Source: Camelus dromedarius
Taxonomy: Eukaryota
Direction: 5' to 3'
Assembly: GCF_036321535.1 (NCBI RefSeq)
Contig: NC_087437.1
Location: 52,950,001 to 53,014,000 of the forward strand
DNA length: 64,000 nt
The notes below the pieces were generated by a model. The model ran no database searches and was not told the origin of the DNA. It worked only from the letters and a program-made list of their open reading frames with translations. This document shows, piece after piece, positions 12,901-25,132 of the stretch (its first letter is position 1; the number at the start of each line of letters is the position of its first letter). The position numbers and the translations under genes were made by a program.

Positions 12901-15900
12901 TTACTGTGTTGTGATTCCGTGTCTGTGCTTTTTTTTTTTTTTTTTTTTTTTTGGGTCAGTTCTGACCTGATCTCCAAGAAGTAGATAGCAAATATTTCTA
13001 TCTTTCTGTCCGAGTTGAATTTCATATTTTCTGAATCATGAAGCTGCCCTCCATGTGACCTAGAGAGCCCTTTGATGATCCATATTTAGCTGTATCCATC
13101 ACTCAACAGATGTCTGAGTAGCTAAAGGCCCCCATGAGCTCCCTCTACATCCTGTGGTTTCAAGTTCCTGAGTTGTTAGTTAAAAAGCTTTCATCCCCTC
13201 TACCAACCACCCTCCCCTTGCCTTACCCATTCCAGGGTGGAAGGAAAGATACCCACTTCAGCTATTCATTCATTTAACAGTATTTACTCATTACCTACTA
13301 CATGCTGGATACTGGGGTAGATGTTATCCTCTTTGCTTCCAAATTGCATTTTCTAATTTGACCCATTTAGACTAGTTCTCCAAGTTTTCTGATTATCCTC
13401 TAGAATCTGCATCCAGCATCCAATTAGATGATCTCTTCTACCTCTAGTGTTTCCTGACCCCTGGGAGACCCAGAGGCTTAACTGCAAACTCTGGTGCCTT
13501 GCTGTAATGCACCTGCCATTGCATCTACAGATTTCAGGCCAACAGAGGTTCAGCTTGGGGTCCATCTGAGGGAGTTTAGTTAGCAGATGAGGCTGCCGAG
13601 CTCTGCTTGCCATCTTACACCATGGACATGAAGAATGCACTGGTAGCAAGGGTGAAATGCCCTGCAAGTTAAGCAGCTAATTTCCAAAACCCCTTGGTTT
13701 TCTGTGTCCCTGGCTTCCTACAGATATGCCCAGGAGGAAAGATGCCTCTTTGCTTTTTGAGCTCTCTGGATCTCACCATTAGATAGCATCTCTTGGCATC
13801 TGAAAGGCAGCCTGACATTCTGTTCTCCTGTGGAACACAGATGGCCCAGCCCACGCCCATCACTAATGAGGATCACATGCAAAGCCTTCTTACTGGAGGC
13901 TCCCTTCCACAACCCTAGCCCGCCTTCCCCATGCAGGCCAGGCACTGCTGACCATTTAAGTCTGAGAAGGCTGCTTGCTGCTCTCCCACTCACAGAGTTG
14001 AATAGACAATCTCTTAGGCAGGCCTTGGGACACGACTCCCATTCAGCCAGAATTTGAAACATTGAGGATTCAGGGATGGCTGCCAGTTTGTCTGCAGGGA
14101 GGAGGTTCGGTTTTCTAGCTGCGCATGGAGGCTGTTGAGTTGAAATGTGAGCAAGCACTGGAAGTTCTTCAGTAGGAACATGATTAGATGGCTCTATAGA
14201 GGTTGACCAGATGGGACATCAATTTGTCATTGCTGTGTAATCTCACCTAGGATAATAGTAGAGTTGGAAATAGATAAGAATGTTAAAAGCACTAAAATAT
14301 AGTAGAAAAAGCACAAATGTTGATGTAAGACAGACCCACGTCTAGTCCTTGCTCTACCACTTGCTATCTCTTTGACCTTGGACTTTACCTTTCTATGCAC
14401 TAACTCCTTTATCTGTGAAATACGCACAATGCCCACATCCTAGGCTGTTCGGAGGATTAAATGGGATAGCACACAAAAAGGCCTTGACACACTGCCTTGC
14501 ACCCAGTCAGCCCGAAGTGGGAATTCCCTTTCCTGTTTTCTCTCTACAGCAGAAAGTTAACAGATGTGCTCCAGTATGGTGGAACATTAAGGTGAGCTAC
14601 AAAAGATGGCTCCGTGTGAAATTCTATACAATTCTGTTCACTTGTTTTATGCAAAACTGGATTGATATCTGCGATGTGGGAGAGTTTCGTTTTCCTTGCT
14701 GCTTATTCCAAGTCGGATGCAGATCTGGTATTTGTGGCCAGGAGAAGAGTTCCAAACTGCTAACATGAACCCCAACAGAAGTGCAAAATCTCTTTTGGTC
14801 TTCACACACTGTAACTCATTCCTTTAACTCTCAGAGCTCCCGAGGAAAGACCACCGCCACCACTAGCTGCCCTTGAGGGCGCATAGGATTCTGGTTGATC
14901 CCACTATGTGTAGGTGCAGTCTAGCTGGTCAGTACCCACTGATCCAGAAATCTCTCTGGGAGTCATTCTTCATTCTTTCAGAAAACAAGGGACACTTGTG
15001 TGCTGCTCAAAAGGAGGTAATAGACCTATTGATTGAACATTGATGCTTACAAAAACAGTTTCAACAGCTTTTAAACAAGGTGGGTCAATCCCTGTTTGTT
15101 CCTCCCCAACCAGGTCAAGGCTTTTCCTATAAGTGCAGGTGGCTCTCCACTCCCCCACAAGGCAGCTCTTTCCAGGTTAGGCCAGCTAGCTCCAAGAGCA
15201 GTCATTGCACTGAATAAACATTGACCCTTTCCCCAGCTGTGTTCTTTAGACCCAGTCCTCTCCTCTGGAGCTATACAGATGAAGTCTGACCCCTGGCAGC
15301 TGTCATGTTTTCCCCTTATTTTTCCCCCAATCCCTCCTCCACTCAGGGAACAATGAGGCCAGATTCTTGATTCTTGCTTGAAGACATGTAGAGGGAAATA
15401 ATAAAAGTAGTTATGCAATCACATAGAAGAAACTGGAAAGAGTGTGTTCAGAATAGAGACTCCTTGTCCTAGAGAAGTACTATTTGCAATATTACTGCAG
15501 AGGGCAGTTACCTGCACGTTCCCATCTCCACAGAGAACAAAAAGAAGGAATGGTGGGCTTAAGGCACTGTTTCCAGGCAATGGCTGTTGACAGACAAATA
15601 AAGCCTCTCTAGTTCTTTACCCTGAGTTCTTAGCACTAAACCTCTCTATGTACCTCCTAGAAGGGAACCTAGCACTTGACCACAGAACTCTTCGTTCATG
15701 GAGCATTTTATGGACACCAGTACAGCGTGAAACACATTTTAGGAAATTACGGCTTTGGATATGCTATGGAAACTTAGACTTGATTTTTGAAATAACTTCC
15801 TGATTGATTATCAGGATCCTGGAGCTCGTGGCCAAGGGCCACTGTGAAGTTTCCTTCCTCGGGGGGCTGGTGGACTCCTCGTCTCTCCCTCTCCCCTCTG

Positions 15901-16609
15901 ATCGCTCCCTTTAATCTTAGTATTAGGCAGCCACCTGCCTGGGGGTACTGAGGCATAGGCTGGTGACACGGAATCTGGGAGTCCAGATCCTTCCCATCCC
16001 CAGATTCTATTTTTATGAAGCCCAGTCACAGTAGTGTTCCATGGAAGGTACAACCTAGCCAGGACAGGAGGTAACTGAGGGTTCTGGCCAAGAGGAGAGA
16101 GAGGGGGCTAGAGATGGGAAAACTTGATGCAATTATTTTTGGCAGGAGTTGGAATCAAAGCAGCAGGAGAGAGTAAGTTTTAAGACTCTCTGGCAAAGTA
16201 ACTTCCTAATCTGTCACTGGGTATGTGTAAAAAAGTGATTAGTGGGTCTCTATATTTATCATGATTACTCACAAATATGTAATTTACATAATATATACAG
16301 CACATTAAATACTATGTCACCTTATATAATGTGCATATGTATAATGTATATGCATGTTATGTAACGCCAGTCTGGAGGCTCTTCCAGATTCTGCCAAGTA
16401 TTCCCTAATTTATTTGGCAATTTTAACATATCTTTTCCATCTGTGGAAAGAACTCTCTTGAGAGGAGCTGGTCTCTGACCTGAAATATAATCATCCTACT
16501 AAGTCTATCTCCATTCTCAACTTGCTGGAGGAAACCCACGAAGACCAAGTCATAGTGAGATGCAGCTCCTAGCCATTAGTCCAGGGACAACATACTCTAT
16601 CGAAGATTT

Positions 16610-19441
16610 CCTGTTTCTGTTTCATTCTTTTTATTGCCAGTGGGGCAGACGTGTGGGGGCAGGTGAAAACATGTCTGTGACATGGTCAGAATCAGAACAG
16701 GACGAGGAATAAGGGAGGATTCTCCCCTGACTGCCTAACTTTGAGACGGCACTAGGTCTTATTAAGCCTCGTTTTCCCTCATTATTTAGATGAGGTCAAT
16801 AACCACCTTTTCTGTCAACCTCAGGGGCTGCTGGGAGGACCACTGTGATGAGGTATTCTATGGGAACTGAAACCACAGTCACAGTAGTTAAGGGATGAGT
16901 TGCAAAGTCAGATTAAACAACACTAGACTTACTGAGGTTACAACACTGAAAGTGCAATTCCACCGATGTTTGCTGTACTCTGTGGCTCTACGGAGGACGT
17001 GGGACGTGTCTCTCAAGCAACACTGCAAGTCCTATGCACTAGAGTGGAGCAGGCAGGGGCCAGTCTCTGACATGTGATCTTCGAGCATCAGTTTCACCTG
17101 TTGACAGTGCTGTGTCTCAACAGCCTCAACGTTGGGACATTGGGGCTGGAACACACGCAAAAACTTCTGTAAATGTTTTAGAATCAGTGACCCTTGCACT
17201 GAACCTGCCTTCATTTCAGAATCAAGTGGCTTCCAAGATGGTACCTGTTGTTCATTCTGGGGCTTGTTGGTCCCATCACCAAGGAGCTCATCATTCAGGA
17301 CATGCTTCAGGCCGCCTATTTTCCCTTTGCCCAGTGTTCTGCACTGTTAGGTAGAGCAGGATGATTCTAGATCTCTGTCCTAGACTGGTCCTAGTGGACT
17401 GCTTCCTTCAGAGTTAGAATCAATTTGTACATGCAATCTTAATTTTCCCTTTCTTGTCCGAAGTTCCTGACCCAGTGAAAGGAGACAGAGGGAGCTCAGT
17501 GGAGTGGTGTTGAGTGGGCCCAGCTTTCCTCTTGAGAAATCTCAGAGGGGATGGAGGCTGAAGGAAGCAAACGCGCCAACAAAGCTCTCCACAGACGTGC
17601 CCTCAGGGAAGGAGGTCATGCTGGCGCCAGATGAATGGAGCCCACCGAACTGAAATGTCATGCTGGCTGGCAGCACCCGGCAGGAGGTGCCTCTGCCCTC
17701 CTCGTGACTCTCCACTGAGGCCATCCCTGTCGCCAGGGGTGTTTCCAGATCAAGAGACTGATGACCATGATGAGGTGACATGTGGAGAGTTTAATTTGAT
17801 GATCTTCTAGTGCCTTCAACCCCGGACCAAATTCTCATCAGTTCAGGCTAGAGAGAGTCTCTGGGAAGCATCGGGTGGCCCTCACTTTCTCGTGTGGGCT
17901 TGTTCCGGCCACACGTGGGTTGCACATTCATTCTTCCCTGGCAACCTGGATCCCAATGGAATCACTTCTCAGTGACCAGAAATGACTCTATTCCAAGATA
18001 TGTGGGTGCTTTTCTCTATTAAATCTCTTCTCAGTGGCACCTATTCCCAAGCCACGTTAGCCAGGATACCACGGACAAGTTCAACTTTTCTGAGACTCAG
18101 TTTCCTTATCTGACAAATGGGAGAGTAAATCCTGCCTGGCATATCTTTCATGGTTGTTTTGAGGATCCAGAATAGAAATTCTCAGTCTATTTATGATAAG
18201 GAGCTACTTTAATTTCCCTTAAATCTCATGATCACCACAGGAAATTGACAATGAAATGGAAGAAGTGGGGGGGGGGGGAAGAACCTTCTTTTTGTTTCTC
18301 ATTTTCTGTTCTTATACTTTTTTTTTTGCAATCAGGAAAAACCCACCAGTAAATAAATATCTATACATATAAATATATATACTATATATATGTACACACA
18401 CATAGGACCATCAGAAGGGCCTTGAGGTCTTAATCTGGGAGCGGTAGGTACAAAGAGGCAGGAGGGAACCGCCTGATGGTCTGTCTCCTGGTCTCCTCGG
18501 CAAAAGGCCCTTCCCTCCCATCTTCTTTGCCTTCAGGAATAGTCTGCCTCCAGGGCTTGGAACTCAAACAGGAAACACGCGTTGGCTTGAAAAAGAAAGA
18601 AGCTGGGGGTGTTTTTTTTTTTTCTTCCCTTTTTACACAATATTATGACACCAATTTGAAAAATAAATTCCAGTTTCTCCGCTTTCCCTCCCAGGTGTTC
18701 ACAGAACTAAGAAAATAAATACCACATCTAAGGTGCGCTGTGCAGGCAGCTCCAGGGCTCTGGAAGCCGGCTCTAAACAAACACACAGCCACCAGCAGGC
18801 TCCGGGAAAAGAAGCAGTGCCCACCGACCGTGCGCACGGCCGAGAAAGGAAACGCAGCTTTCCTCAGACTTTCTGCCTCCTCAGCAAGTTCCAGGAGAAG
18901 CTGACTGTCGCTCGAAGAACGAAGGACAACCGACCGACAGAGCAGTCGGTGTGCGCGGGCTGAGCCCTGCCAAGGGTTGTGCTCTGAGAGGCGGAGGCTG
19001 TCTTGTCTCCGCACAGAGGGACCTTTGTGCAAGCTCTCTGAATGCGAGCGCTTTCCCTTGGCCACATCCGATCTCACCAAAGGCAGGAAACCTGCAGCCT
19101 GCTCCTTGTGAGGAAACCTGTGGGCCTAGTGGAAAGAGAGGGGGATTTCTCCTGCGGTCTCAGGAAGTCCCTCTCAAGGCCTTCAGGGAACGTGGAGGGT
19201 GCTGCATGAGCCAACCACATCCGGTGGGCCCTAAGTCCTTTCAACACGTCCCGCCGGCACTGCCTTTGTTGGGGGGTGTCCACTGTTGTAAGAGAACGGA
19301 TGTCAGGGTGAAGCTTTCTTCCTAGAGGGTGGCTTTACTTCCACTGGTTTGAGAGTGTGGCGGTGTGGTGTGATGTGTGTGTGTGTGTGTGTTTCAGTTT
19401 CTTGCTTTCTCTCTTGGCTGCACTGGCGTTGGGCACCTGGT
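16610..19441 (-). other. DGKG: DGKG 3' UTR (~2.8 kb; distal end approximate)
   Basis: Runs from the stop codon to the first canonical minus-strand AATAAA I could find (16630-16635). The length agrees with my recollection of a ~3 kb human last exon. Confidence 0.72.
16630..16635 (-). terminator. DGKG: Polyadenylation signal AATAAA of DGKG
   Basis: Plus-strand tttatt. A GT-rich tract (gtatgttgtcc) lies ~35-45 nt further downstream on the minus strand. Confidence 0.7.
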
Positions 19442-19540
19442 CTAGTCTTTTGAACGGCTCTTCTTCCTCAGCGAAAAGAAGCTGCTCTTCTGGGGAGGCC
19501 CCATCATCATAGGTGCTTGGTTCTTGTGAGTGATTTTAAT
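19442..19540 (-). CDS. DGKG: Diacylglycerol kinase gamma, coding part of terminal exon including stop codon
   Basis: Acceptor ctctgcttctttgcttttAG, then IKITHKNQAPMMMGPPQKSSFFSLRKKSRSKD and TAG (19442-19444). Recognisable as the DGK-gamma C-terminus. Confidence 0.96.
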   Translation of the reverse strand: MKITHKNQAPMMMGPPQKSSFFSLRKKSRSKD

Positions 19541-20876
19541 CTAAAAGCAAAGAAGCAGAGATGAATTAGTGGCCTGCCAACCCCAAGAGCCTATGAGAGA
19601 GTGAGCTGCAGAGGGAGGAAGGCAGGCCAGCTTCAGGCTGGAAGGAGCCCCACGCAGAAGGATGACTGTCCTTGAACAGCTTCAGAATTGGCAACTGGAC
19701 CCTGACTGGGCCTGGGGTTTGGCACTGCTGGGAGTTGGGGGCGGAAACACTGGGGAGAGACAGGTGTGAGCTTCCTACGTGGTGATCAGCTCGCACCTGT
19801 CTCGTGTCCTCGCTATTCATAGACTCAGAATGTCACAGCCGGAGGAGACCTCAGGGACCATCTCATTCAACCCCTCTGCAGGACAGATGAAGGAATGGAG
19901 ATCCCAAGGCTCTGCTGAGCCTCAGATTAGCTTAAGGTCGCACAGAGAGGGGCAGAACAGCCAAAGCCCCGTTCTTCAGATTCCCATCCACCCCTGCTCT
20001 TGGCCCTTCCTGCCTGGGCAGTGCAGGGATGTCAGCTAGTAACTCAAAACTGACTTGCAGACTTCAGTCTGACCTCTGACCCAAGCTCCACTCACGTGGA
20101 AAGTTTCCAAGTGAGTCTCTTAGGCATCTCTTTTTCAGTTTTCCAGGGGAGCCCCAACTTTCTTTTTAAAAGCTTTTATTTTTTGAATTTTATGTTCAAT
20201 GAGTCCTTTTTCCTGCAAACTTTAAGTCTAAAGTGTAAAAGACACTGGTGAATTCTCATTTTTTTGCCTCTCTTCCCAGCTGTGTCCTCAGGGCATGGCT
20301 TCAAAATGCTTACTCCCTGTATGACCGACCTGGTGATACTGAATGGTTGATAATCTGCATTGTCAGTCCATCAACGTTTATCAAGTATGACACATGTTCA
20401 GAGTAGGAAGATGATGTGGGGACAAGAGGCACTTAAGATTCAAAGACCTGGGTTTGGGTCCTAGTACTCTCACTTCTTTGCTGTGAACCTTTGGACAAAT
20501 CGTGTCACCTTCAAAACCAGTGCTTGCTGAACAGGGAAAGGAGAATAATCACAACTGTCCTATTTTTCTCACAAAGTTGTTATGAAGATCAAATGGTAAA
20601 CTGTCAATGACAGCCCGGTGTAAACTGGAAAAGGGAACGTACCATTTAAATAACTGTCATCTTACATTGGAGGAGGAGAAAGATGTATTTCAAAAGAAAC
20701 AGAATCTAGGAATCCATTCTCATGATCTTTACCATCTATTGAAATGACCACAGAGAACAACAGGAGAACTCTTGAAGAGACTCACCAACAAGTTTAAACT
20801 AATGGAGGATAAACCGAGTGGTGTCAAAAGGAAGTTAGGTAAGCAACGAGGAGAATTTTAAGATCTGAAAGGAAGG

Positions 20877-21174
20877 CAGACGCATAGACATAGAATACAA
20901 AGTTATGGTTGCCAGAGGGGAGAGGGGTGGGAAGGGACAGACTTGGGAGTTTGAAATTTGTAGATACTGACAGGCATATGTAGAACAGATTAAACAAGAT
21001 TATACTGTATAGCACAGAGAAATAAATACAAGATCTTGTGGTAGCTCACAGCGAAAAAGAATGTGACAATGAATATATGTATATTCATGTATAACTGAAA
21101 AATTGTGCTGTAAACTGGAAATTGACACAAAATTGTAAACTGACTATAACTCAATAAAATAAAATTAAAAAAAA
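20877..21174 (+). mobile_element. 5'-truncated lineage-specific L1 3' end with poly(A) tail and 17-bp TSD
   Basis: L1 3'UTR-type sequence ending aactgactataactcaataaaa plus A tail. Perfect TSD aagatctgaaaggaagg (20860-20876 and 21175-21191) at a TTT/AA endonuclease-type site. Confidence 0.88.
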
Positions 21175-23184
21175 AAGATCTGAAAGGAAGGGAAGGAAAT
21201 GTGTTGGTGAAAAGAGAAAGGGAAAGGCACTGGGTAGAGGGGCCACATATGAACTGGTTGAGTGCAGGGCAAAGGGTGAGAAATGGGGGTAATGGGGAAC
21301 CATGATAACTTTTTCAGCTGGAGAATACTATGATGAGAAAAGAGTTTGAGGGGAATTATTCAACAGCTGTTGTCAAGATGAGCTGGAGATGGGGAGAGTC
21401 TGGCTAAGAGGGTTCAACTGCAAGCCAGGTTTAAATTTAAGCCCCTGGATACAGAAAGAAAAAGATGGGACCAAAAGACATTTTGGAAAATGAGCATAAC
21501 CTGTGTGATGGAAGCTGAAGACGACGATTAGGTTGGTTTCCACCAGCCTGGAGACCTAGGAGACCTAGGACTAAGTCTCTGTTTGGTGGTAGTCACCAGT
21601 GGGGCACACCAAGAATACATCCAGCACTGTTTCGTGTTGTGCCTTATTCCGGGCATTGTGTTCATCCTAGAATTCAGGGAAGCGAGGCACAGACTAGGGG
21701 CTCTGACACACTTACCTGTGGTGTGCAGTTTAGCACCATTTGATGATAGTGATTTGTGGCACATTTCTTTGTGGTAAGTCTTCTCCCACTTCTGAGCACA
21801 TGAACTCCGAGAGGAAGAAGAAATTCACCTTGGTATTCCCCAGGCCAGCGCAGTGCCCATACGCACTATGGAAGGGCCGACTGGTTAGCAGAGCCAAGAA
21901 GAAAGAGGGAACATCTTGGCAGCAGAGATGTTTAGGGCAGAGAGTGGCAGCTGGTGCACTGTTTATATTTCCCGCTGATGGAGCCCATTTTTTTAGATCG
22001 TAGAAGACCTTTGCTTCTCCTTTTTCTCCCTTTAGCTGACCAATTTATTTGCTTGTTAGCACCTCCAGGGAAAAGAGGAGGAAGTGAAACTCAAATCCCT
22101 TCCATTTGGGTTTTCAGCAGTTTTGACAAAGGTCTTGTTGGGGTAGGAGCTTGGAGGTACTGGGTAACATGCGATTTTGATGTAGTTGTGGATTCTAGTA
22201 CTACAGAGAGCTGAGAGTTCACTGTACGTACATACACTAGGGGCAAGAAGTATGAGATCATGTCCTCATCTCAAGTCAAAGAAATGTCAGTCTCCTACAC
22301 CCTCATCCCCGTATTAGGAGGGGCTAGTGAGCTAAACACTTGATATCCCATTTGAGGAGGTAGTTGGATGTGGTGAAACCTGCCTTTTCAGCCCCTGATG
22401 GAAAGAGAGCATCCCACATTTCTGTAGTCAGAACCCAAACTTCTCTGGTCATTGGGCAGGTCAGGCAATTAACTGAAGTCTGTTATGATTGTCTTAAAAA
22501 GCTTTCATAACATTTATAACATCTGACAAGCACTAGGGATGGCAACCCCATGCTCTTAGTTCTCTGCTCTATTACAGAGAAAATTGGTACAGTAGATGCT
22601 TGTGTGATAGCTCAAAATTCACAAACTACTGAGCATAAAATTTCCCCTTTAAAATGGAGCCATTTATAAAATTTCACTAGTGCTAGGGGTGGACTTTGTT
22701 TTGGGGGCCCTTTTGAACAAAATGACACATTTTTATTACTTCAACAGAGGCAAGAAGCTGAGGGACTCCTTCCTGAACATTGCCCTCTCAGGGCAAGTGA
22801 TTTGGATCCCGCCCAGCAAAGTGGCCAATGGCCACAAGTGTGCACCCTTCCCAAATCACGTGGGACATGTCCGGGTCTGCCCTAATTTCAGCTGGAGATA
22901 AACAGGCACAAACCCGAAAGGTCGCACTAAGTCTCTATGGTATTTAAAGAGTTAAGGAAATATTTCTCCTTAAGGGGAGCCTAGGGGAGCAGGGAGGGGG
23001 CGTGGACGGTCTTTCAGGTCTGAGCTACTTTGGGTTCAGGTTCTCCAAGATCTCAGGATGCCCTGCTTTGGGGGAGTGTTTCCTGCTGTCAGAGGCTTTC
23101 AAATGTAGCTGGACAATCAGGTTTTGCTAGGAGTGGAAGAGAAGTCTGAAATTCATTGAGAAATCAGGACATTTGACTAGATTA

Positions 23185-23357
23185 TTGGTTCTCCAAGTGT
23201 GTGGTCCCTAGTCCAGCAACATCAGCATCTCCTAGGAACTTGTCAGAAATGCAAATTTTCGGGCATCCAGACCTACTGAATTTGAAACCCAGCAATCTGT
23301 GTTTCAAAAGCCCTCCAGGTTACCTCGCTGCATACCCAAGTTAGGGAATCACTGGAC
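23185..23357. mobile_element. MER5A-like hAT element
   Basis: ggttctccaagtgtgtggtccc...cagcaacatcagcatc...gaacttgtcagaaatgcaaatt...aatctgtgtttcaaaagccctccagg. Confidence 0.8.
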
Positions 23358-24184
23358 TAGATAACCAGAATTCTTTCTGAGATCCTATAACTCTGGGAGA
23401 AGAAGATTTATAATTTTCAGGCTCAAATTATGCTACCTAACTGTGATGGTAAAGCATGAGAGGTCATCTTACAGTGCTGTTAAGCACAAGGCACGTTTTC
23501 TTTATAAAATATGTTTGTATGTGTAGACAAATATATACTCATTTTTGAGAGTTTCGAAAATACAGAAAAATTTTAGTATCACCTAAAGGTAACTGCTGTT
23601 AACTTTTTGGTATATATTTCTCAGCTTGTTGCTCTGCTTAGATGTTTTTAATAAAATTGCAATCAGCTTCTTAATCTGCTGTTTTCACTTAACATTACAA
23701 GCATTTCTGATGGCTTAAATATTTATTAAATATGATTTTCAGTGGCTGAAAATTACTCCATTTGATGAATCTCACATAGCTTATTTAACTCTTTCCCTAA
23801 ATGTTTAGCTTCTAGGTAGTTTCCAATTTTTTGCTACTATTAATAATACAGAAAATGACATTCTAATACATCCATCTGTATTTCTGATAATGTTCTGATA
23901 ATGTGTATTTTACTTAGAATAAATACCTAGCAGTATATGAGTAATTTTAAGGGTCAAAGTAAATTAACTGGAACAAAGTATATTAATATTTGCAAGGGTC
24001 TATTGATACATGGTTCCAAAGCTTCCCAGAATGGTTATATCAGTTTATACGCTGGCCTCGCTGTTTGAGTGTGCTGATCTCACCACAGCCTTGACAGCAA
24101 TCAGTATTATTATCTTTAACAGAAAAACAAATTGTGCTAATTTGGTAAGTGAGAGATGGTGTGGCTTTCTCACCATTGGTCTGG

Positions 24185-24324
24185 TTTTCTTTTTTAAAAT
24201 TAATTTTTATAGGGAGAAGTAATTAAGTTTATTGATTTGCTTATTTTTAATGGAGGTTCAAGGGATTGCACCCAGGACCTCATACATACTAAGCACGCTC
24301 TACCATTGAGCTATACCCTCCCCA
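24185..24324 (-). mobile_element. tRNA-derived camelid SINE (vic-1-like) nested in an old L1
   Basis: Reverse complement reads ggggagggtatagctcaatggtagagcgtgcttag...gaggtcctgggt. Flanked by near-direct repeats ctttctcac(c/t)att. Confidence 0.82.
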
Positions 24325-24790
24325 CCTTTCTCACTATTTTAATTTGAAACTTTTCTCCCCTTTTTAAGAACTGTGACATCAAATATTATTTCACAGGTTT
24401 ATAAGCCCATGGCACTTCTTCTGAGAACTGTCTGTTCACCATTGCATTGTTAGTATTTTCTCCTGCTGGTTTCTAAGAGCTCTTTATACATTATGGGAAT
24501 TACCCTGTTCTTTGAGATAGCTATTGCAAACACCTTGTCTATAGACTTGTCAATATCTATATTCTTTTTCTGAAAAAAAAAAAAAAAAAAAAAAAACTAT
24601 TTTGATTCTTGACTTAGAATTTTAAATTTGTTAATAGTTAATATGTCACATTTTCCTTAGAAAGTCTTTGCTCACAGTGGAATAACAGTCACCTATTCTT
24701 CCCCACAGCTAGTATTATTTAATTCTTTAATGGAATTGGAGGTTTTTTGGTTTTGTTTTGAAGTATAGTTTGAGGTGAGAGGTTAGTATA

Positions 24791-25132
24791 CAGTTGTCTC
24801 TTGGTATCCATGGGGAATTGGTTCTCAAACCCCTGTGATACCAAAATCCCTGGATGCCAGTTTTACACAAGTCCCTTATGTAAGATGGCATACTATCTGC
24901 ATGTAATCTATGCACATCCCATATACTGTCAGTCATCTCTAGATTACTTACAATACCTAGTGTGATGTAAATAGTTGTAAATACAGTGTAAGTGATATGT
25001 AAATAGTTGCCAGCAGTCAGCAAATTCTAATTTTGCTTTTTCGAACTTTCTGGAATTTTTTTTCTGAATATTTTCAATTCAAGGTTGGTTGAATCCAAGG
25101 ATGCAAAGCCCACGGATGTGGAGGGCCAACTA
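24791..25132. mobile_element. MER2-like TcMar-Tigger non-autonomous DNA transposon
   Basis: Imperfect terminal inverted repeats cagttgtctcttggtatccatggg ... cccacggatgtggagggccaacta, flanked by TA. Interior resembles MER2. Confidence 0.8.
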
